A stretch of DNA of 54,522 bases from an uncultured Acidobacteriota bacterium (lineage in GTDB: Bacteria; Acidobacteriota; Polarisedimenticolia; J045), in contig CAZOTT010000005.1 of assembly GCA_964582785.1 (NCBI GenBank), positions 1-54,522 of the forward strand, read 5' to 3'. Positions 27,406 through 36,546 of the stretch are shown in pieces. The notes under the pieces were generated by a model, which had not been told where the DNA came from, made no database searches, and saw nothing but the letters and a program-made list of their open reading frames with translations. The translations under genes were made by a program, and so were the position numbers. How positions within the stretch are numbered: the first letter of the stretch is position 1; every line of letters begins with the position of its first letter.

Positions 27406-28368
27406 ATGACGACGACGGTGATCCCGGAAGGCGCCCGGAACGGGACCGGGGTCCCGGCCTCCGCCGGCTGGTCCCGCCTGGTGGGGACCCTGGCCGGGAT
27501 CCTGCTGGGCCTGGTTCTTCTCGCGAGCGCCTGGACGAAGGGGGTCGACCCCGCGGGGTTCGCCGAGCACATCGTCCGGCTGGGTCTCCTGCCCCCGGGC
27601 CCGGCGGCCTGGGGCGGGATCCTGGTGGTCGGTCTCGAGGCGGCCCTGGGGCTGGCCCTGGTCGCCGGGCTGCGCCGGTGGCCGGTCCTCGTCGCCGTGA
27701 CCCTGATGATGGCGGGTTTCGTCGGGATCACCGCCTGGGAATTCGTCCATCCCCTCGAGGACTACTCTTCCTGCGGCTGCTTCGGAAACCTCGTCCAGCG
27801 GACGCCGGGACAGGCCCTCCTGGAGGACGTCGGGTTTCTCACCCTCGCCCTGCTGGCCTGGCTCGGCAGGCCCCGGCGCCCGGTCCGCTGGCGGTGGGCG
27901 CTGCTGCCCGCCGGCTTCGCCGCCGGCGTCACCCTCTGCCTCCTCGCTCCCTCGCTGCCCCTCGACGACCTGGCGACCCGGCTGCGTCCCGGCGTGACGG
28001 TCGCCTCCCTGCGGATCGACGAGATCATCCCGGAGCTCCAGGAGGGGACCCACCTGGTCCTCCTGCTCGACCGGGCGGACGAGGCCACCCGGGCGGAGAT
28101 CCCCCGGGTGAACGAGCACCTGGCCCTGCAGGGTGGGCCGGTGGACGTCTTCGGTCTCGCCGAGGAGAACGAGGAACTGGAGGTGGAGTTCCTCTGGACC
28201 GCGGGGCCGGCCTTCGACGTCAGGGGGGCCCCGTGGAGCCTGTTGAAACCGCTCTACCGGAAGCTTCCCCGGAGCTTCCTCGTCCGGGACGGCGTGGTCG
28301 TCCGGGTCTGGAACGGGATCCCTCCGGACGCAGACCTGGATCGCCTCGCCGCCGGGAAGGTGCCGTGA
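27406..28368 (+). CDS. MauE/DoxX-family redox-associated membrane protein with soluble C-terminal domain
   Basis: Several TM segments; SCGCFG motif; start MTTTVIP. Confidence 0.8.
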   Translation: MTTTVIPEGARNGTGVPASAGWSRLVGTLAGILLGLVLLASAWTKGVDPAGFAEHIVRLGLLPPGPAAWGGILVVGLEAALGLALVAGLRRWPVLVAVTLMMAGFVGITAWEFVHPLEDYSSCGCFGNLVQRTPGQALLEDVGFLTLALLAWLGRPRRPVRWRWALLPAGFAAGVTLCLLAPSLPLDDLATRLRPGVTVASLRIDEIIPELQEGTHLVLLLDRADEATRAEIPRVNEHLALQGGPVDVFGLAEENEELEVEFLWTAGPAFDVRGAPWSLLKPLYRKLPRSFLVRDGVVVRVWNGIPPDADLDRLAAGKVP

Positions 28369-29207
28369 TGCTCGACGGAAGAACGGTGCGCGCCCGCGAA
28401 TTGCCGGCCCTCCTGCTCGCCTGCATCGTGTTCTCCGCCCCGGCCTTTCCCGGGGGCGCTCCCCCGGTGAAGGTCCTGCTCACCGGCCATCTCCAGCTGA
28501 CCGTCGGGGACGCGGTGGACCCCGAGGCCCGGATCTACCGCACCGAGGGCGGGGTTCCCCGCGTGCTGGTGGAAAGCGCCCGCCTGCCGGGCCCGGTGCT
28601 GGTGCTGGCGGGCGAGAAGAAGGCCCGGCTCCTCCCCGCGGCGGCCGTCGGCCCCGTCGCCGGCGACCCCGATGCCCGGGCGGTCGACGCCGGAGCCGCG
28701 CCCGTGGAGGAGGCGCCGATCACGGTCCACCGGGGGAAGGTGCGGTTCGTGCTGGGCGGCCTCACCCTGGTCCTGGGGCCCGGCGAGCCGCTGCTGGGGG
28801 ACCAGTCCCCCGCGGCGCTTCTCGCGCGGATGCCCGAGTACCGGCGGAACGCGGCCAGGTACGCTCCCGGGAAGGGAGACCTGGCCCTCCTGCGGCGGGT
28901 CCGGGGACCGGTGGAGGTTCTCGTGCTGTTCGGGACCTGGTGTCCCCACTGCGAGCGGTTCGTTCCGCGCCTGATCCGGGTTGTCCAGGACCTGGGCAAG
29001 GTCCCGGGCCTCACCTTCCGCTTCGTGGGCCTGACGGGAGAGATCGCGAACGACGAGCTGGCCCGGAAGTACGGGGTCGACGGTGTTCCGACGGCGATCG
29101 TCCTGCGGGACGGGAGGGAGATCGGCCGGATCTACGGGGCGGCCTGGGAACACCCGGAGGCCGCCCTGACGGCGATCCTGTTCGGGGACCAGGCGGCGGG
29201 GGCCTGA
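28368..29207 (+). CDS. Exported thioredoxin-family protein
   Basis: TGATG overlap with the upstream gene; signal-like N-terminus; FGTWCPHC and GVPT cis-Pro loop. Confidence 0.85.
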   Translation: MLDGRTVRARELPALLLACIVFSAPAFPGGAPPVKVLLTGHLQLTVGDAVDPEARIYRTEGGVPRVLVESARLPGPVLVLAGEKKARLLPAAAVGPVAGDPDARAVDAGAAPVEEAPITVHRGKVRFVLGGLTLVLGPGEPLLGDQSPAALLARMPEYRRNAARYAPGKGDLALLRRVRGPVEVLVLFGTWCPHCERFVPRLIRVVQDLGKVPGLTFRFVGLTGEIANDELARKYGVDGVPTAIVLRDGREIGRIYGAAWEHPEAALTAILFGDQAAGA

Positions 29208-29211
29208 CGGG

Positions 29212-29649
29212 ATGCCGGGCGGCCTCCTCCTGGTCGAGATCCCGGGCGACATCGCCTGGCTCGACCTGGTCCAGGGGGTCGCCGAGGAAGTGGGTCGGCG
29301 CGCGGGGCTGGACGACGACGGACGGCTGGACCTGGGCCTGGCGGTCCGGGAGGGCACGGTCAACGCGATCGAGCACGGCCACCGGGACCGTCCCGGAGAC
29401 CCGGTCCGGCTCACCTTCCTGCTGCGGTCCGACCGGGTCCGGGTGGAGATCTCCGACCGGGGCCCCGGCTTCGACCCCGCCGCGATCCCGGATCCCACCG
29501 ACCCCGCCAACCTCCTGCGACCCTCCGGCCGCGGTCTGCTGCTGATCCGCAGCCTGGTCGACGCGATCGACTGGCGCATCGGTCCCGGGGGAACGACCCT
29601 GATCCTCGAGAAGTTCCTCGTGGAGGGGGGACCGAAGGAGGGCGGATGA
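29212..29649 (+). CDS. RsbW/SpoIIAB-type anti-sigma factor Ser kinase
   Basis: EGTVNAIEHG, DRGPGFDP, GRGLLLI. Confidence 0.88.
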   Translation: MPGGLLLVEIPGDIAWLDLVQGVAEEVGRRAGLDDDGRLDLGLAVREGTVNAIEHGHRDRPGDPVRLTFLLRSDRVRVEISDRGPGFDPAAIPDPTDPANLLRPSGRGLLLIRSLVDAIDWRIGPGGTTLILEKFLVEGGPKEGG

Positions 29650-29999
29650 CCCCGGTGGACGTGGAAGCGCGCGCGGACGGCGTGATCGTTCTCGCCCCGG
29701 CGGGGCGGCTGACGATCGGTCCCGGCCTCGCGGAGCTGGGGGACGCGGTGGCGTCGGCCTGCCGGCGTCCCCGGCCCCGGGTGGTCGTCGACCTTGCCGC
29801 GGTGACCTACGTCGATTCGGCCGCCCTCGGGGAACTGGTCGCCGCCCGCCGCCGGGTGGCCGCCGCGGGGGGAGCGTTCGCCCTCGCCCGTCCCCGGGGC
29901 AAGGTCCGGGACCTCCTCGACCTGACCCGGCTCCACGAGCTGCTCACCATCCGGGACTCCCTCGGGGAGGCCTCCCGGTCGGTCCTCGCGGCCTCCTGA
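29646..29999 (+). CDS. STAS-domain anti-sigma antagonist (RsbV/SpoIIAA-type)
   Basis: VVDLAAVTYVDSAALG with the phosphorylatable Ser; ATGA overlap. Confidence 0.88.
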   Translation: MTPVDVEARADGVIVLAPAGRLTIGPGLAELGDAVASACRRPRPRVVVDLAAVTYVDSAALGELVAARRRVAAAGGAFALARPRGKVRDLLDLTRLHELLTIRDSLGEASRSVLAAS

Positions 30000-30019
30000 G
30001 CGCGCCCGCGACATCGTCC

Positions 30020-30047
30020 TAAAGACCGCTCCCGTCGGGGCCGATGA
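30020..30047 (+). promoter_or_regulatory. Sigma28 (FliA/SigD)-type promoter of the che operon
   Basis: TAAA(G)-N16-GCCGATGA versus consensus TAAA-N15/16-GCCGAT(A/T)A. Confidence 0.65.
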
Positions 30048-30121
30048 GGCCCCCGAGGGGTCCTGCGCCGCGCCCGGGGTGGGCGCCGGCCCGCGGGTCC
30101 CCGTGCGGAGAGGCCGAGGTG

Positions 30122-33118
30122 GTGAACCAGGAAGATCTCGAGATCCTCGAGGAGCTGATCACCGAGTCCAGGGAACACCTCGCCGCGATCGAGCCCGACC
30201 TCCTGGAGCTGGAACGGGCGGGCGGCCGGGTGCCCACCGAGCTGGTCAACCGGGTGTTCCGGGCGATCCACAGCATCAAGGGGGGTTTCGGCTTCTTCGG
30301 CGTGCGCCCGATCGAGACGCTCACCCACGTGATGGAGAGCGTCCTGATGAAGGTGCGCGACGGGGAACTCGCCGCGGATCCCGCGATGATCGATGCGCTC
30401 CTCACCGGTGTCGACCGGGTCCGGGAGATGCTCGACGACCTGGAGAACGCCGACCGGGTGGACGCCGCGCCGGTCGTCGAGAGCCTGCGGCGGATCCTCG
30501 ATGGTGGCGCTTCCCCTCCCGGCGATGGCGGACCGGGGACGCCGGAGGCCGGCGTCGATCCGGACGGACAGGGAACCGCGGAACCGTCCGCTCCCGCAGC
30601 GGGCCCCGCGGATCCCGCCCGGGAGGCGGAGGACGCCGGCGCGGGTCCGGCCGGGGAGGGAACCGCGGAACCGTCCGCTCCCGCGGCGGGCCCCGCCGAT
30701 CCCGCCCCGGAGGACGGGAGCACCGCGCCCGGGTCGCCGGGGCCGGGGAAGGGGAAGGCGCCCGCCCCCGCGGCGGGGGGACCCGCCTCACCCCCGTCCC
30801 GGGACGGTGTTCCGGCGGGGGGAGGCGCCGGCGGCGGCGGGCGGAAGGTCCACGCGTCGGAGACGCTGCGCGTCAAGGTCGAGCTGCTCGACCGCCTGAT
30901 GAACCTCGCGGGGGAACTCGTCCTCGCCCGGAACCAGATGATGCAGGCCCTCGGGCGGCGGCTCGGGGAGGTCCTCGGGGGCGAGGGGACGGTCAAGGGG
31001 CTCCACGACGCCCTCGGGCACGCACGCGAGCAGGTCGCGCGGGCGGCGGAGCGCGGGACGCTGGACGACAGGAGCCGGGCGGTCCTCGACGGGGAACTGG
31101 AGCAGATCGGCGCCCTCTTCGACCAGGTTTTCAGCCGGCGGATCCACGACATGCCCGGCATCGGGACGTCGATGGGGAACGTCGACACGGTGACGACCGA
31201 GCTCCAGGAAAACATCATGCGCACCCGGATGCAGACCCTGGGAACGGTCTTCGGCAAGTTCCCCCGGGTGATCCGCGAGCTGTGCCGGAAGACGGGCAAG
31301 GAGATCGAGGTCGAGATCGAGGGGAGCGAGGTCGAGCTGGACAAGTCGATCATCGAGGCCCTCGGGGACCCGATGACCCACCTGCTGCGGAACGCGGCCG
31401 ACCACGGGATCGAGCCGCCGGAGGAGCGGGAACGTGCCGGCAAGCCGCGCACCGGCCGCCTGCGGATCGCCGCCTTCCACGAGGGGGGCCAGGTCAACAT
31501 CCTGATCGAGGATGACGGCCGGGGGATCGACGTCGACCGGGTGAAGGCCAAGGCGGTGGAGCGGGGGCTCATCACCCCCGCCCAGGCCCAGGCGATGGAC
31601 GACCGGGAAGCGGTCATGCTGATCTTCGCCCCGGGCTTCTCCACCGCCGAGCAGGTGACCGACGTCTCCGGCCGCGGGGTCGGGATGGACGTGGTCCGCA
31701 ACAACGTCGAATCCCTCGGGGGCCAGATCGAGGTGGAGAGCCGCCCGGGACAGGGAACGACGGTCGTCCTCAAGCTGCCCCTGACCCTCGCCATCATCCC
31801 GTCCCTCGTCGTCACCGCCGGGGGGCGGCGGTTCGCCGTACCCCAGGTCAGCCTGGAGGAACTCGTTCGCCTGCGGGCGGGGGACCCCACCCGGCGGCTC
31901 GAGCAGGTGCACGGGGCGGAGGTGATGCGCCTGCGGGGCCGGCTGCTGCCGATCGTCCGCCTCCGGGAGCAGCTCGGCATGGAGGAGCCCGCCGGGGACG
32001 CCGCGGACGGCGCCGGCCGGGCCGTCCAGGTGCTCGTGCTCAAGGTGGGGGCGCACCGCTACGGCCTCGTCGTCGACGAGGTGCTCGACAGCGAGGAGAT
32101 CGTGGTCAAGCCCCTGCCGGTCTACCTCAAGGACTCCCGCTGCTACGCCGGGGCGACGATCATGGGGGACGGCCGGGTGGCGATGATCCTCGACGTCGCC
32201 GGGATCGCGGAGAAGGCGGGCCTGAAGTTCGGGGAAACCGAGGGGGCCCCGACCGCCCAGGAGGAGCGGAAGGCCCGCCTGGAGCAGACCGAGACCCAGT
32301 CCCTGCTCCTGTTCCGCAACCACCCGGACCAGGTCTTCGCGATCAATCTCGGGCTCGTGGCCCGCATCGAGCGGATCTCCCGGGACGACATCGACCGGGT
32401 GGGCGGCGTCGAGTACCTCCGCTACCCGGATCGATCGCTGCGCCTCGTCCGCCTCCACGACTTCCTGCCCGTCAACGCCCCCGGCGAAGAGCCCGCCGCC
32501 CTGTACGTGATCGTTCCCAAGCTGGTCCGGCACACGATGGGGATCCTCGCCACCGACTTCGAGGACGTGATCCGGGCCCGGGTGGACGTCGACCAGGAAA
32601 CCCTGCGCGGCCCGGGCATCCTCGGCTCCGCCGTGGTCGACGGCCGGATGGTCATCTTCCTCGACATCTACGGCCTGTTCGAACTGGCGGAACCGGAGCT
32701 GTTCGGCGGGGACGCGGGCACCACCGAGCTGCTGTCGGGGAAGAAGGTCCTCCTGGCCGAGGACACCCCCTTCTTCCGGGAAGTGGTGCGCCGCTACCTG
32801 GCGGGTTTCGGGGCCGAGGTCGACGTGGCGAACGACGGGGAAGAGGCCTGGAGCCGGCTCCGGGAACGGTCCTACGACCTGCTGGTCACCGACATCGAGA
32901 TGCCCGGGATGAACGGCTACGAGCTGACGAGCCGGGTGCGGCAGGACCCGGAGCTGCGAAACCTCCCCGTGATCGCGCTGACCGCGCTCGGCGACAACCG
33001 GGCCGCCCGGAAACGGGGCGAGGAAGCGGGCGTCGACGGGTGGGAGACCAAGCTCGACCGGGAGGCGCTGGGGAGGGCGATCCGGGACGTGCTCAGCGGG
33101 AGGATGACCCATGCGTGA
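30122..33118 (+). CDS. cheA: Hybrid CheA: HPT, dimerisation, HATPase, two CheW domains, C-terminal receiver (GTG start at 30119 or 30122)
   Basis: FRAIHSIKG, LDRLMNLAGELV, HLLRNAADHG, DDGRG, SGRGVGMDVV; receiver LLAEDT..VTDIEMP..TK. Confidence 0.93.
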   Translation: MNQEDLEILEELITESREHLAAIEPDLLELERAGGRVPTELVNRVFRAIHSIKGGFGFFGVRPIETLTHVMESVLMKVRDGELAADPAMIDALLTGVDRVREMLDDLENADRVDAAPVVESLRRILDGGASPPGDGGPGTPEAGVDPDGQGTAEPSAPAAGPADPAREAEDAGAGPAGEGTAEPSAPAAGPADPAPEDGSTAPGSPGPGKGKAPAPAAGGPASPPSRDGVPAGGGAGGGGRKVHASETLRVKVELLDRLMNLAGELVLARNQMMQALGRRLGEVLGGEGTVKGLHDALGHAREQVARAAERGTLDDRSRAVLDGELEQIGALFDQVFSRRIHDMPGIGTSMGNVDTVTTELQENIMRTRMQTLGTVFGKFPRVIRELCRKTGKEIEVEIEGSEVELDKSIIEALGDPMTHLLRNAADHGIEPPEERERAGKPRTGRLRIAAFHEGGQVNILIEDDGRGIDVDRVKAKAVERGLITPAQAQAMDDREAVMLIFAPGFSTAEQVTDVSGRGVGMDVVRNNVESLGGQIEVESRPGQGTTVVLKLPLTLAIIPSLVVTAGGRRFAVPQVSLEELVRLRAGDPTRRLEQVHGAEVMRLRGRLLPIVRLREQLGMEEPAGDAADGAGRAVQVLVLKVGAHRYGLVVDEVLDSEEIVVKPLPVYLKDSRCYAGATIMGDGRVAMILDVAGIAEKAGLKFGETEGAPTAQEERKARLEQTETQSLLLFRNHPDQVFAINLGLVARIERISRDDIDRVGGVEYLRYPDRSLRLVRLHDFLPVNAPGEEPAALYVIVPKLVRHTMGILATDFEDVIRARVDVDQETLRGPGILGSAVVDGRMVIFLDIYGLFELAEPELFGGDAGTTELLSGKKVLLAEDTPFFREVVRRYLAGFGAEVDVANDGEEAWSRLRERSYDLLVTDIEMPGMNGYELTSRVRQDPELRNLPVIALTALGDNRAARKRGEEAGVDGWETKLDREALGRAIRDVLSGRMTHA
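30570..30707 (+). repeat. Direct repeat (two 51-nt copies, 87-nt period) in the CheA linker
   Basis: 30570-30620 and 30657-30707 differ at 2 positions; both encode GTAEPSAPAAGPADPA. Confidence 0.85.
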
Positions 33119-33620
33119 GCGGCAGTTCGCCACCTTCCAGGTGGGCCGGGACCTGCTGGGGGTGGAGATCCTGCTGGTGCGGGAGATCATCCGCCAGGTG
33201 GACTTCACGCCCCTCGAGGACGCGCCACCGGGCGTCCGGGGACTCCTCAATCTCCGGGGGCAGATCATCACGGTGCTGGACCTGGCGATGCTCCTGGGCC
33301 TTCCCCCGGCGCGGGTGGGTCCCGGCACCCGGTGCATCATCCTGAAGACCCGCGAGGACGTGGAGGACGCCCTGCGGGAAGGCCTCCTCGAGGACCGCCC
33401 CGGTCCCGACCCGGTCGGGCTGCTCGTCGAACGGATCGGGGACGTCGTCTCCGCCGACGACCGGGCCATCGAGTCCCCGCCGGGGAACGCGGGTGGCGTG
33501 TCGGGAGAGTTCCTGCAGGGGGTCTGCAAGCTGGACGAACGGCTCCTGCTCCTGCTCCGGGTGGAGCGGGTGCTGGAACGGGTGGCGGGTCGCGGCACGG
33601 CGGCCCCGGCGAAGGCCTGA
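33111..33620 (+). CDS. cheW: Chemotaxis scaffold CheW
   Basis: VREII, VRGLLNLRGQIITVLDL, GLLVERIGDV. Confidence 0.92.
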   Translation: MRERQFATFQVGRDLLGVEILLVREIIRQVDFTPLEDAPPGVRGLLNLRGQIITVLDLAMLLGLPPARVGPGTRCIILKTREDVEDALREGLLEDRPGPDPVGLLVERIGDVVSADDRAIESPPGNAGGVSGEFLQGVCKLDERLLLLLRVERVLERVAGRGTAAPAKA

Positions 33621-33641
33621 GGGGCCGCGGGAGAGGCGACG

Positions 33642-35414
33642 ATGGCGCTGAAGCAGATGATGACGATTCGCGCGAAGATCACCGTGCTCGGCATCCTGAT
33701 CCCGACCCTCCTGGTCGGGGTGCTCCTGGTCCTGTACGCGGGGCACGCCCGGGAACAGGCGCAGATGACCGCGGTGGAGAAGGCGCGGGGAATCCTGATG
33801 ACCGGCGAGGGAGCCCGGCAGGAGATGGAGAAGAAGTGGGCCCTCGGGGTCTTCTCCCTGGACCAGCTCCGGGAATGGGCCCGGGCGGGCGAGATGGAGA
33901 AGGTCCTGGCGGCGGTGCCGGTCGTGTCGTCGATGAAGTCCCTCGCGGAGAACGCCCGGGAGGCCGGCTACACCTTCAAGACGCCGAAGTTCTCCCCGCG
34001 CCGCCCGGAGAACGAGCCGGACGAGCTGGAAGCGCGGGTGCTGAAGCAGTTCCAGTCGGGCAACGCCACCGAGTACTGGACGGTCGACCGGGAGAAGAAC
34101 GCCGTCCGCTACTTCCGGCCGGTCCGCCTGTCGAAGACCTGCCTCTACTGCCACGGTGACCCGGCGATGTCCGCCGCCTGGTGGGGCACCCGGGACGGGA
34201 CCGACCCGACCGGCGCCAGGATGGAGAACTGGAAGGAGGGCGAGGTCCACGGGGCGTTCGAGCTGATCCTGTCCCTGGACGAGGCCGACGCGGCGTTCGC
34301 CGCCGCGATGCGGAAGGCGATCGGGGTCGGGGTCGTCGGCATCGTCCTCGGCGCGGCCCTGCTGCTCTGGGCCCTGCAGCGGATGCTCGTGCGGCCCCTG
34401 GCCCGGACCGTGGAGTACGCGGACGCCTTGGCCGCCGGGGACCTGGCGGCCGAGCTGGAGCTGTCCTCTTCCGATGAGCTGGGCCAGCTGGCGGCGGCGC
34501 TGCACCGGATGCGCGATGCCCTGCGCCGGCTGCTGGGGAAGATCCGCGAGGACAGCGGTTTTCTCGCCGGCGCTTCCGAGGAACTCACCGCCCAGGCGGA
34601 CACCCTGGCGCGGGAAGCGACCGCGGTGACGGAGGCGTCGGTCACCGTGGCGGCGGCGGGAGAGGAACTGTCGCAGACCATCTCGGGGATCGCCGGCAAC
34701 GCCACCGACACCTCGGCGATGCTGGACTCGGTGGCGACGGCCGCCGAAGAAATGACCGAGACGATCGGGGAGATCTCCCGCAACTGCCAGCGGGAGTCCG
34801 AGATCGCGGCCCACGCCCAGCGGCAGGCCGGGCAGACCGCCGAGGTGATGGAAAAGCTGCGGGAGGCGTCGCGCCGGATCGGCAAGGTCCTGGACGTGAT
34901 CAACGACATCGCCGACCAGACGAACCTGCTCGCCCTGAACGCGACGATCGAGGCGGCCTCCGCCGGGGAGGCGGGGAAGGGGTTCGCCGTCGTGGCCAAC
35001 GAGGTCAAGGAGCTGGCCCGCCAGACGTCCCAGGCGACCGAGGAGATCAGCCGCCAGATCGAGGAGATGCAGCAGAGCACCAGCACCGCGGCGGAGGCGA
35101 TGGGGGAAATCGCCTCGGTGATCACCGAGGTCTCGGACATCGCCCGGGCGATCGCCTCGGCGGTCGAGGAACAGTCGGCGACGATCTCGGAGATCTCCCA
35201 GTCGGTCCAGGTGGCGAGCCAGGCGTCGGGGGAGATCGCCCGGAACATCTCGGAGGCGGCGTCCGGGACCCAGGAGATCGCCCGCAACATCGACGGGATC
35301 AAGCAGTCGGCGGAGGGGAACAGCGGCCACGCGGCCCAGATCCGGACCAGCGCCGGGGAACTGGAACGCCTGTCCTCCCAGCTGATCGAGGTGGTCGGGA
35401 AGTTCCGGCTGTGA
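33642..35414 (+). CDS. Methyl-accepting chemotaxis protein with periplasmic c-type heme (DUF3365/Tll0287-like) sensor
   Basis: Two TMs flanking [14 protein letters not shown]; HAMP (DELGQLA); [32 protein letters not shown]. Confidence 0.92.
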   Translation: MALKQMMTIRAKITVLGILIPTLLVGVLLVLYAGHAREQAQMTAVEKARGILMTGEGARQEMEKKWALGVFSLDQLREWARAGEMEKVLAAVPVVSSMKSLAENAREAGYTFKTPKFSPRRPENEPDELEARVLKQFQSGNATEYWTVDREKNAVRYFRPVRLSKTCLYCHGDPAMSAAWWGTRDGTDPTGARMENWKEGEVHGAFELILSLDEADAAFAAAMRKAIGVGVVGIVLGAALLLWALQRMLVRPLARTVEYADALAAGDLAAELELSSSDELGQLAAALHRMRDALRRLLGKIREDSGFLAGASEELTAQADTLAREATAVTEASVTVAAAGEELSQTISGIAGNATDTSAMLDSVATAAEEMTETIGEISRNCQRESEIAAHAQRQAGQTAEVMEKLREASRRIGKVLDVINDIADQTNLLALNATIEAASAGEAGKGFAVVANEVKELARQTSQATEEISRQIEEMQQSTSTAAEAMGEIASVITEVSDIARAIASAVEEQSATISEISQSVQVASQASGEIARNISEAASGTQEIARNIDGIKQSAEGNSGHAAQIRTSAGELERLSSQLIEVVGKFRL

Positions 35415-35436
35415 GCCGGGCCGGGGGAGGGGACCG

Positions 35437-36546
35437 ATGGGCCTGAGGATCCTCGTCGTCGATGACAGCCTGATCTACCGGCGCATCCTGGCCGACGTGG
35501 CCCGGAAACTGCCCGACGTGGAGGAGGTCGTCACGGCCACTGACGGCCGGGACGCGCTCCGCAGGCTGGAGGCCCGGCCGTTCGATGCGGCGCTGGTGGA
35601 CCACCACATGCCGGGGATGACCGGCCTCGAGCTGCTGGCCGAGATGAAGAAGCGGTGGCCCGGGGTGGCCGCGATCATGGTCTCGAGCGGCGAGGGAGAG
35701 GGGGCGGACCTGACGGTCCGCGCCCTGGAGGCCGGCGCCCTGGAGTTCGTCCAGAAACCCTCGGGAACCGGCTACGGGGCCTCGGTGCGGGTCCTCCAGG
35801 GGGAGCTGGGCCGGGTCTTCGCCGCGGTCCGCCACCGGCTGCGGCCCGGGTCCCCCGCGCCGCGGGTGCCGGCACCCCCGGCCCCCGACGGGGCCCCGCC
35901 GCGCGCCGTTCCCCGGCGGGCGGCGCCCCGTCCCGGCCTCCGCTCCCGGGAACCGTGGGTCACCGCGATCGGCGTCTCCACCGGGGGGCCGCAGGCCCTC
36001 GCGAAGGTCGTCCCGGCCCTGCCCGGGAACTACCCCCTGCCGATCGTGCTCGTGCAGCACATGCCTCCCGTCTTCACCGCTTCCCTGGCCCGGCGGCTGG
36101 ACGACCTGTCCGAGGTGCGGGTCCGGGAGGCCGGGGCCGGTGACCCGCTGGAGCCGGGGACCGTCCTCGTCGCTCCCGGGGGCCGGCACATGAAGGTCGC
36201 GTGGCGGGAAGGGAGGGCGGTGATCGAGCTCTCGGAGGAACCTCCCGTCAATTCCTGCCGGCCCGCGGTGGACGTTCTCTTCCGCTCGCTGGCCGCCTGC
36301 CCGGAAGAGCGGTCCGTGCTCGCCGTGATCATGACGGGGATGGGCCAGGACGGGCTCGAGGGGGTCCGGGCCCTCAAGGAGGGCGGGTCCTGCTGGTGCA
36401 TCACCCAGTCCGCCGAGACCTGTGTCGTCTACGGCATGCCCCGGGCCGTGGACGAGGCGGGCCTGTCCGACGAGTCCGTCCCCCTCGAGCGGATCGCCGA
36501 GCGTCTCGTGGCGAAGGCCGCACTGGCCGGAGCGGGAGCACGATGA
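35437..36546 (+). CDS. cheB: Chemotaxis methylesterase (receiver + esterase)
   Basis: LVVDDS, GVSTGGPQAL, VQHMP, RPAVDVLF, MTGMGQDG, VVYGMP. Confidence 0.95.
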   Translation: MGLRILVVDDSLIYRRILADVARKLPDVEEVVTATDGRDALRRLEARPFDAALVDHHMPGMTGLELLAEMKKRWPGVAAIMVSSGEGEGADLTVRALEAGALEFVQKPSGTGYGASVRVLQGELGRVFAAVRHRLRPGSPAPRVPAPPAPDGAPPRAVPRRAAPRPGLRSREPWVTAIGVSTGGPQALAKVVPALPGNYPLPIVLVQHMPPVFTASLARRLDDLSEVRVREAGAGDPLEPGTVLVAPGGRHMKVAWREGRAVIELSEEPPVNSCRPAVDVLFRSLAACPEERSVLAVIMTGMGQDGLEGVRALKEGGSCWCITQSAETCVVYGMPRAVDEAGLSDESVPLERIAERLVAKAALAGAGAR

